From the human T2T-CHM13v2.0 reference genome, Homo sapiens, in assembly GCF_009914755.1 (NCBI RefSeq), contig NC_060927.1: 64,000 bases of DNA. One strand, written 5' to 3'. The notes beneath the pieces were generated by a model, which saw only the letters and a list, made by a program, of their open reading frames with translations, was not told the origin of the DNA and ran no database searches. Positions 16,688 to 32,412 of this stretch are shown piece after piece. A program made the translations under genes and the position numbers. The first letter of the stretch is position 1; each line of letters starts with the position of its first letter.

Positions 16688-17546
16688 TCAACGCAGACAC
16701 AAAACAGGGCATGGGTCAGATCTAGCTGGTTGCATTCCTAACACCTAGGTTTCAGGTGAGTAATGCTCATGGCTCCTAGAAGCACTGCCCTTACATACGC
16801 AAGTGGGGAGATGGACAGGCTGCGGCATACAAGCTGTAGGTACGATGACCTGAGGGAAAAGGACCTTGAATTTTGCTCCAATTCCGGCCTTTAGTGCCGC
16901 AGCCATTTTGGGTATCCATATTAACTCCCCAGAGCTTCGGCTGAGGTAGAGTGGCCTAATAACCAGATGATTTGTTTGCCTGCTATTCCTACAGCTTCAG
17001 CAAAGAACTAAAAGGCAAATGGAAGACTTGTTCTTATGGAACACTAAACCTCCACTTTATTTTTATTTATGTATTTATTTACTTTGCCTTCACTTTAGAC
17101 AGGCCTAAGCCCAGATTCTTTGGGAAAGTTTACATTTCCCCCAACTTATCAAAGTCCCTTATTTTATTCATACACAGTGACCATATTCATAGTTAACAAA
17201 TAAACCCCCTTCCTATTAAGTCATATGGCATATTATCAAAACCCACACCATGTATGCAAAAATTATTGGAAAATTCAACCCAGACTAAGATATCTACCAA
17301 ACAGTCATGATCATGCTTTCCGGATGATGGATGGGCTACAGAAAGCAATCTGCTAGCTAAAGGGGCACTCCATGGCTGCTTTCTGTATCTACTCATTCTT
17401 CTTGTCATCTCTGACAACCTGTTTGAGCACTTTCTAGGGTGGTTGCATGTGATATGGAAGGTTTTCTGAATTTTCTGAGGCTTAATGAAGGAGGAATGTT
17501 AAAAAGGTCAGAGATGGCAGTTCTGACCCAGGAGACTACAGTACAT

Positions 17547-17657
17547 TGGTGATCATATTTATTATGCAAACAGGGCACTTTCAAGAGTGAAAGAGAGCAT
17601 TGTTAATAATTAGGCCAGGATAGCAGGAGTAAGCCAGAAGTGGGATATATGATCTCC
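17547..17657 (+). mobile_element. MER94-like non-autonomous hAT (Blackjack) DNA transposon relic
   Basis: ggtgatcatatttattatgcaaacagggcactttcaagagtgaaag...taataattaggccaggatagcagg resembles the MER94 consensus as I recall it. Confidence 0.55.
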
Positions 17658-18529
17658 TTGGGTAATAGGGTGCTTTATGTACTTGCCACAGGGAAGTATT
17701 AAACAGCTCCCAGGAGGAAGGCAACAGCTATGTGGAGGCTGCGGATAGCCTGACCCAGCGCCACCCTATAACGTAGGCTGTTATGGCAAGGGATACTATT
17801 GATAAGATTTGGATTCAGAATGAGAAAGAAAACAGGTGGCTACAGCAGTAGATCTTAGGGCTTTTCTATTTTTCTAGCTCATCTCTCAGATGGCTCTAGA
17901 GAATCCCCCTCCAAATAATTCTTCAATCAGATTCCCCATTCTTGCCTTTACAACTGAACAATCAGCTTGGGAAAGTGAAATAAGTGGGCTTTCAAAACCA
18001 AATGGCCCAAGCACTGATTGTTGGCCTGGACCCAAATCTCTCTGTCTTGTGAGAAGCCACCTGAGAGGTAACAGCCTGCAGATAGGAAGAAGGCCTACCT
18101 CCTCAAACTCTTTCCGCTCTACCTTGCGATAGAAGACTTGTTCAGGAAACTCTGAGTTCAATGAGCGTTTCTACCTTGCTTCACTCAATCACCCTCACAT
18201 GGTATGAGCTTAACTTAATAAATGTTCAATAATACAATTTGCACTAATTTGTATAAGAGCATTCTTTCTCGTTCTGACTCTATCAGGTCTGTTATGTGCC
18301 TAAAATATTGTATTAGGCTACAGATTCCATCGTTTTTACTTATATAAGACAAGTTCTCTTTGCCAGATTAAAGAATTAAGGTAAATCCCCTGTAACCATG
18401 TGAACACAAAATATGGCCCCAAAAGAAGGCACAAATAACCCAGGAAGGGCTGTTCAGGAGCTCAATCAGCAGCAGACCAAATTTCAAGTTCTTGCTGAGT
18501 TCGCCATACATACATACCATGATAGTAAT

Positions 18530-18755
18530 CACAAGATAACATTTTTTAGGGGTTACAGTTCTAACTGCTTTCTGTATATGATTTCATTTAATCTTACAGC
18601 AACCATGGGAAGTAGATGATATTATTCCCATTTTACAGATGAGGAAACTGAGGCCAGAGAAACTAAGAAACTTGCTCAAGTACACACAGGCAATTGCTGG
18701 TAGACTGGCATTTAAACCCAGGCAGTCTGGCTCTAGAGTTCACCCTCTTAACTGC
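18530..18755 (-). mobile_element. MIR SINE
   Basis: attattcccattttacagatgaggaaactgaggccagagaaactaagaaacttgctcaag...aaacccaggcagtctggctctagag. Confidence 0.88.
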
Positions 18756-19357
18756 TTCATTATATTGCATAGTTTGCCCTTTACTGAGGTATGGCCCTTA
18801 GGGATCCACGGCTCTGTTGTAAAGCTGTGTGAAAGGCTTTGTCCACTACTACCTCCAGCTACTTCTATACCTATCCGTGATTTAGTGTGGCTTTCATGTT
18901 TTTAGGCTGTGATGCTTTGACATAGCCTCAGTTGTGTAACTTAAAGGACTTATTTTTTTAGATGTCACAGTGCAAGAAGTAAGACAACTAACTGGCACTA
19001 TGGTTTAGGATTTTCTATATACAATTTTACTATAACCAAGGTCTCTTTCATTTAAGTAAAACAATAAGCAGTAAAACTGGTTGTGTCTGTGATCATCTCT
19101 GTGTAGGATGGATTTATTACAACATTTTTTTCTACACAAGTGAAAACACTCTTTAAACATACATTTGCTCATAACATTAGTTACAACAATAACACTAGAG
19201 ATGTCATATATGACAGTTTTCTTTCAGATAATTCTGGGAAGTAGCCCTATCACAATTATCACAATAATTAGTATCCATGTAGTGTTTGACTGTGTATACA
19301 ACTTTTTTACATGTAACATCTCATTTATTCCTTACAACAATCCTATGTGTGTTCTGA

Positions 19358-19679
<322 letters not shown>

Positions 19680-22600
19680 CTTCAGGACAAGTCTTATTAT
19701 TGCTATTTCATATAAGAGAAAGTCGAGGCTCTCAAAATGTCTAAATGACTTGCCCAAAGTTTTGCACAGTAGCACATGGCAGTGTTGGGATTAGAAACTA
19801 TGCCTCTTAAAGCTTTTTCCACTGCATAACAGTGGATCACTGAGGAATGGAACTTGAAGTGCCCAAAGATCGAGAGTTATCTTAATTCTCAGCAGAGAAA
19901 AAAGAAAGACACTGAAAGTAATGATGAAGGTTGCTTTAGAGATAAGAAATGAACACAGATAATCACACACACACACACAATTCCATGAGAAAAATCCAAA
20001 CTGTTTGACCAGATTGGATTGCAAATTTTGTTCATCTAAACAATCAAGTTATCTACTGAATAGTCTGAGTTAAGACTCTTGCGATAATATTGCCACCAAC
20101 TTCATTAAAAACCACAGAGACAAACCTAAACCTGCACACGTACACAACCTGATCTGACATGCCTGGTTGAATTTTATACACACAATTCTTAAATATCTCC
20201 CTGAGTACACTGGCCCCACACTGCAGTGAACAGCCATGAAAAGCTGAATCGTTTTTGCTGATATGAGTACAGATGCGAAGGGGGACCCTGCCTCCCCATT
20301 CAAGCATGCCTCATTCCTCCAGCACACAATGCTGAGGCAATTCCTTTCCCAGGCTTTCTTTTATTTTTAACACTAATACAGTGGGAAAAAGTTTCTGCCA
20401 CAGCAAGGCAAAGTCCAGGCTTTTGTGAGCATGTCCTTTTCATCCAATGGGCATTAATGTATAGATTCCAATGGAATAAATCTGAAATACTCTACTGTAG
20501 AAGATTTGTCCCCCATTGAAAACAAATCTTGATTAGATGGTTATTCAGGGAGTGTATAGGAAGGAATGGTGTGAAAATGCTAACTCTATTCTTTCTTAGA
20601 TTGGCACTGAATAGGCATTTGGGCTATTCAAGAAAAAAAAAACACACACACACACACCCAAACCCCAACCCTATCAACTGTACAAAACCACAAAACTTTA
20701 CATAGATTATGTGATCATGTGTATTTGGGGATTCTTCCCCACCCAAAATAAAAAATGCACAGTGTTATGAACACAAAACTGATGGCAAAATGAAATAGTG
20801 ATAAAAATAGTTCTCTGTGTTTTAAAATAATAACTTACCTCCTTTTTACTAGAGTAAAAATACAGAGTCAGCTTGTGATGGCATTCCCTCAAAACATGGA
20901 AGGAATTGCAGTAATGAAAGTCATCATGTATTCTAAGAGACTGTTCTGCGAGAGCACAACACAGACGGGGCTAAAGCAGGGGTGAGTACCGAAGGGAAAA
21001 TCTGCCTGTGGGGAATTGGGGATAGAGGGCCTGACTCTCTGTTTTGCAGGAACGTTGCTCCTGCCTGTCCCTTAAGCTGCAGGGGTCCAGGGATAGGACT
21101 TAGCATGAGAATAAAAAGCTGCCTGCTCACAAGAGAAAATGAGCAAGAAAGGAAACAGCAGGCAATACAATCTCTTTTAATTAGGTGTGAAATCCAGTTC
21201 TTTCTCAATCAGGAGAGCAAAAGGATATATAAAATGAGACTAGTGCAAGGGTAAGATGCTACAGAGGGGGATGGGGATTTGAAGTCTCTGGACTTGGAAG
21301 GAAACATCAGCTCTCAAATGAAAACCAATATAAATTTCGGTCCAGTTAATAAGCCTAAGTCAAGTGGCAGGGCCAGAAAGCCCTTGAGCTTTCAATTTGG
21401 GGCACCAGATGAGGTTAGTGGGTCTTGCACATGAAACAGGGTGCAGCTTGCCAAGTTAGTCACACTAGGAAAGAGCCAGTCATCTCTGGAGAAAGGGGGG
21501 ATGTATTTTGGTGACTGAGCCCCCTTATTCTCCAAACCCCCTGCCTGGGGTAAGACTTCAGTTACATGTACTTTACCTCCTCATATATGCCAAGGGAGTC
21601 CTGCTGAATCCCTGCACTATAGGAGGTATAGTAGTTTCTTGCTAACAGGTTCCATCCACAGCAAATGACTCTGCACCACCCCACTCTCTCTTTCTATCTC
21701 ATTAGTATCATCACAGTCTTGGGAGGTGGCTGGGAGCACTGGAGAAATCACACATGCAAGTGGAAGGCAGCAAGCAGACAAGATCTCTTTCTCCTATCTT
21801 GGCTCTATATACCTAGCATATCCCAGCTGCTATTACCTCTGTAGTGAGACTAGGGAGGGTCATCAGCCTATGGGAGGGCGAGCTGTACAGTTTTACTTAC
21901 CCATTCTTGGGTGAAAAGGGGGGTGTTTTGGGCCATCTCCCAATAAAGGTTCTCCTCTATCTTCCAGATTGTCTAAGCCCAGTGTGGAGGAACCATCAAG
22001 GATTTCAGCATGTTTTTTTAGCCATTGGTAACAGAATTCTTCACATAAAACATATATCAATTGTTGAAATTTGCAGAAATTTGACTTCGAACTTGCAGAA
22101 ATTTGACTTTCAAACATGTTTGCAGGAATGGCTACCTATGAAAGTTGGGGACTAGCTGGATGTGCTTTTTTAGTCACTACTTATTATTTTATCTAGACAA
22201 AGATTAAAAATTACTAACTTGTTTACAGTATTTACAACACCATTCTATTTATGATCCCAATACTGTAATTGGGTATGCCTTTAATATTACCTGAATTTTT
22301 ATTCATTCATAGAACATTTCTAGAGAATACTTAAAAGTATTTAAAGGTCCTTGGTTTTATGTTTGGGTTTTGGGGGGTATGTATAGTTTTTATAAATGGA
22401 CATGTTTATACTTTTATAGGAATAAGGTCAGTGGCTTTCATCAAAATCTCAAAGGGGTCTGTGTTTTCCCCAAATTAAGAGCTGTGGATTGAGATTCAGG
22501 CATCCCTCTTTAAAATACTTGTAACTACTTTCCATAATCAAAGCTTCTAAAACTGATGCAAACTTTGTGATTGCATTACTCTGATGCATAAGGTCTGTTG

Positions 22601-25139
22601 AACTGATATTTTCCATTTACTTAAGTTGAGCTGATACTATTTTGTATGAGAAAGCAAACAATCTTGGCCAAAATGAGAAAAGTTACTTTTCAGAAGAGAA
22701 ATGTTTTTTAAAAAGATTGAAAGGGAAGAGAGAAATGTAGGTAACTACTAATATTAGCAGAAATCTGGATTATGACAGACATATAGTTTACAACTGTTGA
22801 AGCTAACTATTATTTAGCAAACTTTGTTTTACTCAGAGTAAGTCCCTTTTGACAGTTAAGACAAATCCACAGAAGAATTAGAAAACACCCTTTAACATCT
22901 TTTGACTGTTAAAAATTAGATATTGTGGTATAATTTGAATAAAAAATAAATATAAACTCAATATACACATCTAATCAGCCAAAAAAATAGTTTACTTGCA
23001 AGATCTATAGCACTTGTAATGGGGAGACTGCCTTTCTTTCTATTTTCCTCCTTCCCTTTCTTCCTTTTTGCTGTCATACCACGAAGTTTTACTAAGTTTG
23101 AAGTATGGGGAACAAAGAGGCAAAATTGAGAACTAGAAAAACATTTGCTCTGTGATTTTCAGGCCCATCCCCAAATCTTGACTTATCTTCCATTCCTGAC
23201 TTCTTTTTCCTCTCTTCACTCCACCAAAAAATAAGAGCTTTATACTTTATCTAAGGCTGAGAATAGATTTACAGTACTAGTGGGATTTTACAGGTCCAAA
23301 GGAGAAAGTAATTCCAGAAAAGTCTTTTTACTTGGCCTTAGAGGTCTCACAGTCTCCCTTGGTTAGCCCAGGCCTTTGGCTTGCCTGATTTTATGTTAAG
23401 TCTGCTGTTCTCTCTAAGAAAGGATGAGGGCATGCCTATCCATATTGTAAAACTGTAAATACAACTGACTTATGAATGAAGCTGCTTTGGGGGTCACTTG
23501 AATTTTCACCAATTCATTAGTGAAACATTTACTGAGAATACCCCAGTATAAATGGAACCATAAGGATACAAAGGATCTTAAATCTAAATCAATAGAAGAA
23601 ATTTATCCATAAGGATCTTTGATATTGGAAACATATATTAATCAATCAACTTCTCCCAGACCTCAGTGCTCAGGAAAAGCTGTGTTTTGCTTTTCTTTGT
23701 GGAGCCTGTGAATATCATAACTGATCATGTTTCCCTCTTGGCTCTGTTCACTAGGGAGCTCAGAATAAAAATTTAGGCCCCCTTTTAGCAACTATGTAGG
23801 ACCTCATGGTATGCTTTTCTATGTAAAATTTTCACCAGCCTCATTATATTATCCATTCTTTATTTTACCTCTACTCTGATTTCTTTTTTTTGTAGTTATA
23901 TAGAAATACATTTCCTACATATTTATTAACAATTGAATATTAATTTAAGCTACCTCAAATCCCTTACTTATGAGGTGAGGGCATAATCAATCAATCAACA
24001 AGTAATTGAGCATCCACTTTATGAGACCAATTCCAACCATAAGTTAAAACTTCAGTCTTGAGTATTATCACACTATATGCTTTATGAATTTTTTATACTT
24101 TGAGCATCTGATTCCAATGAGGTAAACTGTTGAAATTTACTTTACAGTACAGTTTGTGAAAATTAAGTTTTACTCTGTGAATAAAGAATTGGATAGATAA
24201 TTCCAGACAACATTCTGAAAGACACTTACGCCGTCATTCCAAAGTTGAAATGAAATGAGGGGGAGAAGACTTGCTGGGACTAAGGAAAAAAGTCAATGAA
24301 ATCTGAGGTTGATGCCTTTAAATCCTCTTATATTGTAAACCTTTTGAGACACCTTTTAGGAGTTTCATTTTTTCTCTCTCTAAAGCGCTTTCCTTACAAA
24401 TTTAGCTACTGCCCTATTGTAACCTTTTCCTTTGTTCACTAAATCTGGGGAACAAAAATACAGAGATGCTACATCCGTGGGTGGTATACAAAAATGAACC
24501 AAAGGATCTACTTAAATTCACAAATTTGTGCTGTTTGAACTTGGCTTTGAATAGACCTTAAAGAAGGATCTGTATATTCAATTGTACAGTTAATAAGTTA
24601 GGTCTTTTGTTTTGCTTAAGAAGCAATCACAAATTTAAAAATTGAGTATATGAAAACCAGCATCTTCTTACTTGATAATCTGTTCTTGTGGTCTCTACAT
24701 AATCATATACTTATTTTATAGAAAAAACAGATTTATAAATTCAGTGAGTTCAAAGATTCAGTATAACTCTCAGGTATGGCATTTCTTTAAAGAATATCAT
24801 CACACACTGATGAATTATAGTTAGGTAAGAAACTGATTTTTTGACTTTGGGAAAACTTTTCTCTGGACTTAAACGAGTGAGAAAACAGAACTCAATAGTG
24901 TCATTAAAAAAAAAAAAAGCTTTCTGGCAAAAAATATCATTGAGTTCCCAATTCATAGAACTTCCTTTAGTCCTCTGTTGCTGTGCTGTTCTGAAACTGC
25001 TTTTGAAGCAGGTCTTCAAATTCATGCTCAAATGTTCTCTTCCCTTGGGTCTTTCTAACAAATAAAAAAAAGTTGCTTCCAATGAGACCGCTGTTTTTCA
25101 AGAGTATCTCTGTTTGTTGGTAGGAGGGGAATGCAAGAT

Positions 25140-25448
25140 TTTCTTTTTTTTTTTTTTTTGAGACGGAGTCTTGTTCTGTCCCCTAGGCTGGAGTGCAGTG
25201 GCGCGATCTCCAGCTCACTGCAACCTCTGCCTCCTGGGTTCAAGTGATTCTCCTGCCTCAGCCTCCTGAGTAGCTGGGATTACAAGCGTGCTACCAAACT
25301 CGGCTAATTTTTTTTTTTTTTTGGTATTTTTAGTAGAGACGGTTTTCACTAAGTTGGTCAGGCTGGTCTCGAACTCCTTACCTTGTGATCTGCCCACCTT
25401 GGCCTCCCAAAGTGCTGGGATTACAGGCGTGAGCCACTGTGCCCGGCC
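25140..25448 (-). mobile_element. Alu (AluS-type)
   Basis: Poly(T), then gagacggagtcttg...gagccactgtgcccggcc. Confidence 0.96.
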
Positions 25449-28400
25449 AATTTCTCTATGGACTTGAGCCATGATAGATAAGTTCACTGAGGAGTAAAGA
25501 CCTTCTATCCCAAAGCAACAGGGAAAAGCCAAGGAAAAAAGTAAATCTGTTTTGTTGGATGACTGGTTAAAATGGAAGCACTGAGATGATTTGTGTGGGC
25601 TAGGTTAAGAGAGTAGCTGAAATTCATCTGCGCACCTAGGGTATAGAACCAGGCACGGGAAATCATTAAAAAAAAGAATAGGACCTAAGTTCCTTTTTGG
25701 CTCATACTGAGATGAAGAATAAGTGCTGTCAGATAGAACTCAAAACCTTGGGAGGTTCTGGTAAATAAGTAAAGTAGAAGGCATACTTTATAATTATTTT
25801 AATCACAAGTAGGCATTTTATCTTTATGATATTCTTTATATAGTCTTTTGTATAATATTTATTATATTATTTACATATTGTCAAAAAAGACATTGAGCTA
25901 TAGAAGTCTCCTATAGCTATAGCTAACATTCAAATTATCTGATTTCACTTCACTGATTTGGTTGGATTTGATTTTCTCTAAAATAAAATCTCTGTGCTAA
26001 TCCAAAAGGTTGGCCATTTTGCTTTCCTGTGTGTGGATTACATTCATTTTTACTTCTCTTCTGCTGAATTTTCCGCAGTTCTGAAGTTATTGTGGTTTCT
26101 CTCCTCACCAAGTCTTATCATCCCCATGAACCTTATTCAAACTTTTTCCTTTTCTGTGAAGCCTTCTGTGATTACTAGAGTTCACTTTTCTTGGTTTCCA
26201 CTGGTTGGTGAGGTAATAAACTAAGACATTCATTTTTGGCTTGTTCTCACTGAATTAGAAAACTTTCTTAATGAGAAGGTATCTCCCCTTTCCTCCACCT
26301 GTAGGAATGAATGGCCAGGTTTTTGTATACTTTATAGGCTCCTTTGCCTCAGGGAGTTGTGGTTTCAGAGCCCATTAAGCCCTAAAGAATAAACCATAAA
26401 ACAAAGAGTTTTCTTTCCTAATGTCTGTTCTCTAAAATGAATTATTAACCCAGAATGGGTAAGGAGAGTGAGGCTGATTGATGCTTTGGAGTTAGAGAAT
26501 TGGATAGCATTACTGGAGAGAAAAACAATCCACTTTCCCTCAAATGCAGAAGGTAGCAAGGTCTCTACTTGCATACAGCTCCAGTTGGGGTAATTGCTTG
26601 GCACACTTCTGGAGGCTGGACATAAAAAGGCACCACTTTGAGAGGAACAGTGATCATCTGGGGGCTGGGCCAATGGTCAACAGCAAGGACCACTGTGGAG
26701 GGCATCTGTAAACCCAGCTAGTGCAGTAGTGCTGGCAGTCAGAAGGACGAGGCTCAATGGCATCTTTGTGGGGTGGTCAAGCAATGTCAATGTTGGAGAC
26801 CATCATGGACTAAGGACTTAGATTTAATGAGTCTTGTACCAATCTAGGGATGAGAAGGGAGCCCCAAAACTTGTCTGTATTTCTTGCGAATTTGGTGACA
26901 GGGGCCTCAGGTTTAATTTTCTTTAGAAAAATACGGGAATTTTTTTGTACCTGAATGTTGAGGAGTGTTGGGGAAGTTCACCTGAACTTCCTATACATGT
27001 AGCACCTAAGTTAGTTCTTACCAATATATTATTGTTTCTTTTTTCATTTGTGTCTGTCTTATCTCTCTAAGACTCAAAGCCTCCCAAAGGCTAGTATCTT
27101 GTCTTGTTATAACCACAACTACAATGACAACTACAAATATGTAACTGGATCCCTCATTGTGCCCAGCATGTTTCTTTATAATGTGTGGGTTCTATGTGAG
27201 TGCTTGTTTGGTCAGCTCTTCGCTACACTTCACAAACAAGTGGGAACCTCAGGGCGCACATTTACTCTGAGATATGTCTATGTGATATGGTCCTGACAGG
27301 GCTTTTTTGCCCCTGAAGTTCTGTGTAATGCTCTTCTTCTTGTCCTTTATTTCCCTACCTACCCACAGTTCTATTTTCAATAGAATTTAAAGTCCAAGCA
27401 ATTGTTTTATGTGTTCACTGAGTTGCCCACAAACTCTGCTCATTCATTTATGATTTCTGATACATGCCATGCTGTCTCTGTCTCCCTGATTCCATTTCCC
27501 CAGAGAGACAGCTCACTGGGTCCCCCTGTCAACAGAGGATTCAGTGGAACCCAAAGCTAAGCCATACTTTGTAATAAAAAATAAGAAGAGATGACCAATC
27601 TATGATGTGATAGAAAAATGATCAGGCCAAACTCCGATCACTTTTGCCTATGTTAGGGAAGCTAACCTGCTTGGTAACAGATGTTACAGAAATATCTATC
27701 AATCAGCATTGATAACAGGGTATTTATATGTACATTAACAGTAGTGTCAAGGATTGTTTAGAATATTTTCTCTTGGTGGCCACTGGGTGTCCTCATTTAC
27801 AAAGTAAATATGCAATATTTAGTGAAGGTCACTGGAGAGAATAAAAGACACTAGTTTTCTCTTTGGCCCTTCACATACTGGGGATAAATTTATTGCTGAA
27901 CTCACAAGCAGGTTATATATTAGTACAGTTTAAAAACCTTCAGGTCAAACTGTTAAAAGTTTATAACCAAGAGTAACTTATTCAGGGTCCAGACATGAAT
28001 TTTAAAGGCTGTTTCCTCAACAGAGGGGACTGTGATCAGCTATTAGAATGATCCCTTATTCATTTGAAAATTGGCATGGGATTTTGACTATCTGCCGAGA
28101 GAGCCAGCAGAGAGGAGCAGAGAAGGTCTTAATTTATTCTTGAAAGAAAAGAGAACACCAAATATCTCTATGGGATATTTGTTAGATTCTGTTTTTATCT
28201 CACCTTTTCTGAAAACTAATTAAAAATAATAATGAGAAGATAAAATATGTCCTTTGCCTAGGAAACCTGAAATAATGTGAAAAACATTACAATGAGCTGG
28301 GTCAGTATACTGATTATCAATCATTTCACATTTGAAGACAAAGAATTAAACTATTCCTTTATGGACCTGTTATCCCACCTGTAAAACAAAGGTGTGTATG

Positions 28401-28968
28401 CTTCACAGGGATGTTGTAGGGGCAAATAGAATATGAGGCACACAAGGTTCCTAGGAAGAGAAACTGTACATGAGATAGATTTAGGGCATTACTAGTATTC
28501 TAATTGTGGCTGAGTCACAGTTGTATATGACTTGTTCCTGCTGGAAGACAGTAGTCAAGGCCAGAGCTCACACAGCCAACAAATATGTTCTGATTTGCTG
28601 CTCTCAGACACTGAGTCTGACACACTGCTCAGCAATCACTTACTGCTCCCTAAAGTGGTATTTTGCATTTCTAGGATTGTCATTGTCTCTAAATTTATAC
28701 TTATATACATCGCTGATGAGGTTCTTCCCTTGCAAAAAGAAATTTCAGCCTTCCTCCAATTCAAGATACAGGCCTACTATTGAATACATAACAGTACATG
28801 GCCTTCAAATGTCATGCCTAGCCAATTAGCTAATCCTTTCCCAAAATAAACTTCACTGTAATATTTTTTTTTTTCACTAGCATACATCCCCAGCTTAATT
28901 ACTATTCTCTGGCATGTTATTTCAGTACATAAATTATCAATATGATTTTGTGTCAAAACCAACAATTT

Positions 28969-29266
<298 letters not shown>

Positions 29267-32065
29267 TCCCCCAACAATTTATGCAAACAACATCAGGGAA
29301 GCTAGGAAGCTCTATGAGCTATTCTCTGCCGTTCAGATATGTTCGATTGTCTTACTAGCTGAGCTTAACAGCCTTTTCTGTTTTTAAAGGACCACCATGC
29401 ATGCCTCTAGTACAGCAATCTCTAACACTTAATCAACAGTTACGTCTACAGCAATACACAATAGCCAGGTCACTTTCACCCTGAGATTATACTAAAGGCT
29501 CACAATATGCTCAGAGTGTATGGAAAAGTGTCTCATTTCTTCTAAAGATCCTTAAATTCCTTGCTTTTATAGTATTATCCAACTGATTAATTAGTAGATT
29601 CATTTTTCAACTACTGTAGCCCCAAAGATACATATCGGCAGAGCCCTCCTGATTGTATTTTACCCTTGGCCTTTTCTCCTTTTAGTTTCCTCAGTTTGCA
29701 CCTGTAATTTCACTTTTAGAACTTCTCTAGGCTCGGTGGCTAAACACCACACAGCACAGGCTTTATCTGATGTGCCGGCGCCTGGTGTGGTCTAAGACAC
29801 ACTGGTGTTTTGTTCTTGAAGTACAGGATTGATGTTCTGAAACCTAGGCTCTAACACAAAGGAGATCATTAGCTCATTTTAAGTGTCTCTTTTCTTCCCT
29901 CCCAGCCTCCTCCTACCCACCCCAATACTTCCTTAGTCCTAAGCACTGGCAGCAGATGGCAACCATATTCCAAAGCTGAGTATACATAAAATAGTGCCAT
30001 GGAGAACAGAGTGGCTTCAAAGTTAGCCTTTCTATTCAAGTGGGATGGCGGGGACTTCTGGAGGAGTGAACTCATCTCTCATTCATTTAATCCTCTATTC
30101 ATTCAGCCAGGAATTTGTTTTCCTACACATCCATCTACTGTCCAGCCAGTTGAGGGAGGGTGGGCATGAAGCATCTCTCTTGAGGGCCCTTCCAGCAGGA
30201 GGGCACTAAGATTTCTATGCCAAGCTCTTGTTTCCCTGGGCCAGCTCTGCCTGCTGCTGATCAAATCATGCCATTCCTGTAAGAGGAGCTTGGGAACACA
30301 GTGTGTAGGGGGTGGATTTCTCAAGAACTATCTCCTTGCTAGACTGACAGTCACATGCTGTATTCCCTAGACAAAGATTAGACCCAGGAAAAAGATGAAA
30401 CAAGGAGGAGGATGTGGGGTTGCAGAAAACTGTGCAGGATGTTACAGTAACGGGAGGTGGGAGTGGGAAAACCTTTCCTTTTTGTTGTTTCAAGGTTTGC
30501 TAGAGCTTTTGCCTAATCATCTGTTTGAGCATCTTGAAAATAAGTATCTATTTCCATGGTATCTATCAAAAACAGGCACCAGATTATACTACAAAGTTGA
30601 CCTGCCATATTGCTATTAGAATTAAAACATGTAGCAGCTTACATTCAAAAGAAAGCTTTTCTGTTTCCCCAGCATGAAAAGCAGAGGGTATTTGTGATAC
30701 ACTTTGTTTTGTAGGTCTGCTGAATGAAAAAAATAATCGGGTAAAAAATTAGTACCTATATTTTCACAAATGGGCATAATGCTTACAAATGCACTACATC
30801 ATTATTTTAGCTTCATTCTCCCCACAACATTCATTTATTCATTCAACAAACATTTGCTGAGCACCTACTCCTAATTTGTGTAAGCACTTTGCTGGGTGCT
30901 AGGGATTCAGCAGTGGACAAGGTAAACAAGATTCCGCCCTCCTGAATTCTGTCACCTGGCCAAAATAAACATTTAACAAGTACGCTGCTAGAATTTTACT
31001 TGAGAAAAAGGAATAATTCATCTTACCTAGTATTTCTTCTGAATCTTTCTTAAACATATTTCTTGAAGGTCCAGACTCCTTTAACTAAGAAGTTCTATCT
31101 TAAATCTCTCTCTTTCCATTGTTATATTCATTCCTTTCTTGGTTACAATGTGGAGAGTTCAGATTGCAACTGCTATCATTTCTGGGGGGAATGGGGGTGG
31201 GACTGTAACCCTGAGAATCCTTGCTTTTCAAACTACACATATATTTTCTCTGTAAATATTGTACCATCTAATTTGCGTCTTTGGATTTTGTTGATTAGCC
31301 ATCAACATGTGATTTAAGGAATACTGCATATGAGATGCAGAAATCATGACTCAGTAAGTTATTATTTTAAAGCTCTATTTTGGGATTTATACAGACTTGT
31401 GTACAGTCTAGTTTGGCTTTCAATCTAATCTGCAACTATTACTAGGAGGCTTTTAGATCAAGTTCCATACCCATGTGTCTCTGGAATTCTACAGTGAGAA
31501 GCAAAAGTGCTCAGGAGTTAAGAGAAGCAGACGTCCGAAATTATCTCCATGCATTACCAAAAACCGTGGGCACCACGGCACGGGGAAAACTTACCAGGTA
31601 CAATGAGCCAGTGACTGTTACTGAATTTCTTAAGATTACACTTTTCCCAACTACTGCAGACTGCTTCAGAATAGAAGAAGGTAAGTAAGCAGGGTGATTA
31701 CAAGCAATCCTCCTCGGAAGTGAAACTCACTCTTCTAAGTTTACCTCTGTTTTGAATTATTTCAGACAACTCTCATGCCATCAAGCCGACGGACTTTCAA
31801 AAAAATAAAAGATGCATTTCTTTACTTGTAAGTATTTGTCTTTGCAAAGGGCTCTCTGATATGGTAGCACAGAAGTTTGCACATTCTAAGGATCTGATGT
31901 TTTGCCCTCTTCGGGTATCCCGGCTGGAAGGAGCTACGGTGAAAGGGCACCTAAGGTGAATGGACAGATTGTAGATGGGTGCACACAGGAAAATGTACAG
32001 CTCCTACAATGTATTCTGAGGTAAGAGAGCACACAAGTCCATTCCCTATAATTTGAAAATCTCTC

Positions 32066-32412
<347 letters not shown>
